Below are positions 62,596-64,000 of a DNA stretch of 64,000 nucleotides, in pieces (position 1 is the first letter of the stretch; each line of letters starts with the position of its first letter). The stretch is taken from the NCBI RefSeq assembly GCF_006345805.1, contig NC_043026.1, positions 4,154,001 to 4,218,000 on the forward strand, given 5' to 3'. The notes beneath the pieces were generated by a model. The model was not told the DNA's origin. It was given only the letters and a program-made list of their open reading frames with translations, and ran no database searches. The position numbers and the translations under genes are program-made. This stretch comes from Octopus sinensis (taxonomy: Eukaryota).

Positions 62596-62601
62596 AATAA
62601 A
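62596..62601 (+). terminator. Candidate polyadenylation signal AATAAA with downstream U-rich tract
   Basis: AATAAA, an A-tract at ~62607 and a U-rich stretch at 62630-62810; many AATAAA occur by chance in this composition. Confidence 0.2.
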
Positions 62602-63328
62602 TTTTCAAAAAAAAAAAATTTTCAAACCTGATTTTATTTCTTATTTTATTTTTGTTTGTTTTATTTCATTTTATTATTTGTTCTTTCATATTTGATTTTT
62701 TAATTATTTTTTTTTGTAAACTAATTGTTTGTTTTGTTTGTTTGTTATTTAATTTAATCTTAATATAAAATTTTGATTGATTTTTCAGTTTGTTTTTAAT
62801 TTATTTTATTCTTGTGTTCATATATACATCTATATACATATATATACACACACACATATCTATAGAAATATACATATTTTTCAATGTATATATACATATA
62901 TATACATACATATATGCATACATATACATACATATATATATATTTATGTATATATACACACATGTAGGGTACATAAATATATACATGCTTTTAGACACAC
63001 ATATATATATATATATATATACACAAATACATGTACATATCTTCATAAATATATACATGCATTTAGACATATATATATACATGCGCACATACATAGCTAC
63101 ATAAATATATACATACTTTTAGACACACATATATATATACACACATACATGTACATATCTTCATAAATATATACATGCATTTAGACATATATATCTATAT
63201 ACATGCGCACATACATAGCTACATAAATATATACATACTTTTAGATATATATATACACACACACATGCATGTAATTATACATATGCACATACAAATACTT
63301 ACACATATATACATACACACACAAACAC

Positions 63329-63367
<39 letters not shown>

Positions 63368-63774
63368 TATAGGCACAGGAGTGGCTGTGTGGTAAATAGC
63401 TTGCTTACCAACCACATGGTTCCACGTCCAGTCCCACTGCATGGCACCTTGAGTAAATGTCTTCTACTATAGTCTCGGGCCAACCAAAGACTTGTGAGTG
63501 GATTTGGTAGACGGAAACTGAAAGAAGCCCGTCGTATATATGTGTGTTCGTGTCTGTGTTTGTCACCCCCACCATCGCTTGACAACAGATGCTGGTGTGT
63601 TTGCATCCCTTTAACTTAGTCGTTCGGCAAAAGGGACCGTTAGAATATGTACCAGACTTACAAAGAATAAGTCCTGGGGTCGATTTGTTCGACTAAAGGC
63701 GGTGTTCCAGCATGGCCACACCCAAATGACTGAAACAAATAAAAGATATATATATATATATACACACACACATT

Positions 63775-63813
<39 letters not shown>

Positions 63814-64000
63814 CACACACACACACGTTTATTCAAATTAGGGTCTTTACTGTTGCAGCTGGGTTTTTTGCCTCTAATAAATTTGTGAAGGTGACCATCA
63901 CCATCAAGACAATCACTGCCTGGAACTGTCTATACATTGCACTTAACTACAATCACTTCTACTACTACTACTACTACTCCTACAACAGTTACTGCTGAGG

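Larger units (their letters stand above)
53990..63365. repeat. Very dense (TA)n/(CA)n/(TG)n microsatellite field with short unique islands
   Basis: Direct inspection. Confidence 0.9.

Noticed and set aside
231-63998. Most ORF-track entries (YI/TH/VC-rich peptides and recurrent MPRSGTEPGTMWLVSK-type peptides)
   Set aside because: They are translations of TA/CA/TG microsatellites or of SINE consensus sequence, not genes.

Overview
Animal genomic DNA, very AT-rich and dominated by (TA)n/(CA)n microsatellites and interspersed repeats. The repeat families look like those of Octopus (inference; no database was available). Almost all ORFs in the supplied track are microsatellite or repeat artefacts. 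Two + strand genes can be built from splice signals and phase matching. (1) A LysM-domain gene (LYSMD1/2-like): coding exons 1269-1415 and 30080-30409, with the LysM domain split by a 28.7-kb phase-0 intron. (2) The 3' exons (37678-37832, 52230-52455, 53662-53933) of a second, Ser/Pro/Thr-rich and polyQ/H-tailed gene, possibly the C-terminus of a transcription factor such as NFI. Its 5' part is not visible, so it is nested, lies in the 100-N gap at 36103-36202, or reflects a mis-join. Mobile elements include several tRNA-derived SINE families (one MetaSINE-like, often in tandem multimers), RTE and CR1 LINE 3' ends, Tc1/mariner relics, Helitron-type and Mutator-type non-autonomous elements, and Penelope-like relics. 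The most notable unexplained structures are: about ten minimal type-I hammerhead-ribozyme motifs (in a 353-bp tandem unit, a 340-bp palindrome, short microsatellite-targeted inserts, and behind a Penelope endonuclease relic); a 273-bp satellite built from a CR1 3' end; and a roughly 10-kb SINE-free zone after the second gene's stop codon that contains a 157-nt hairpin.
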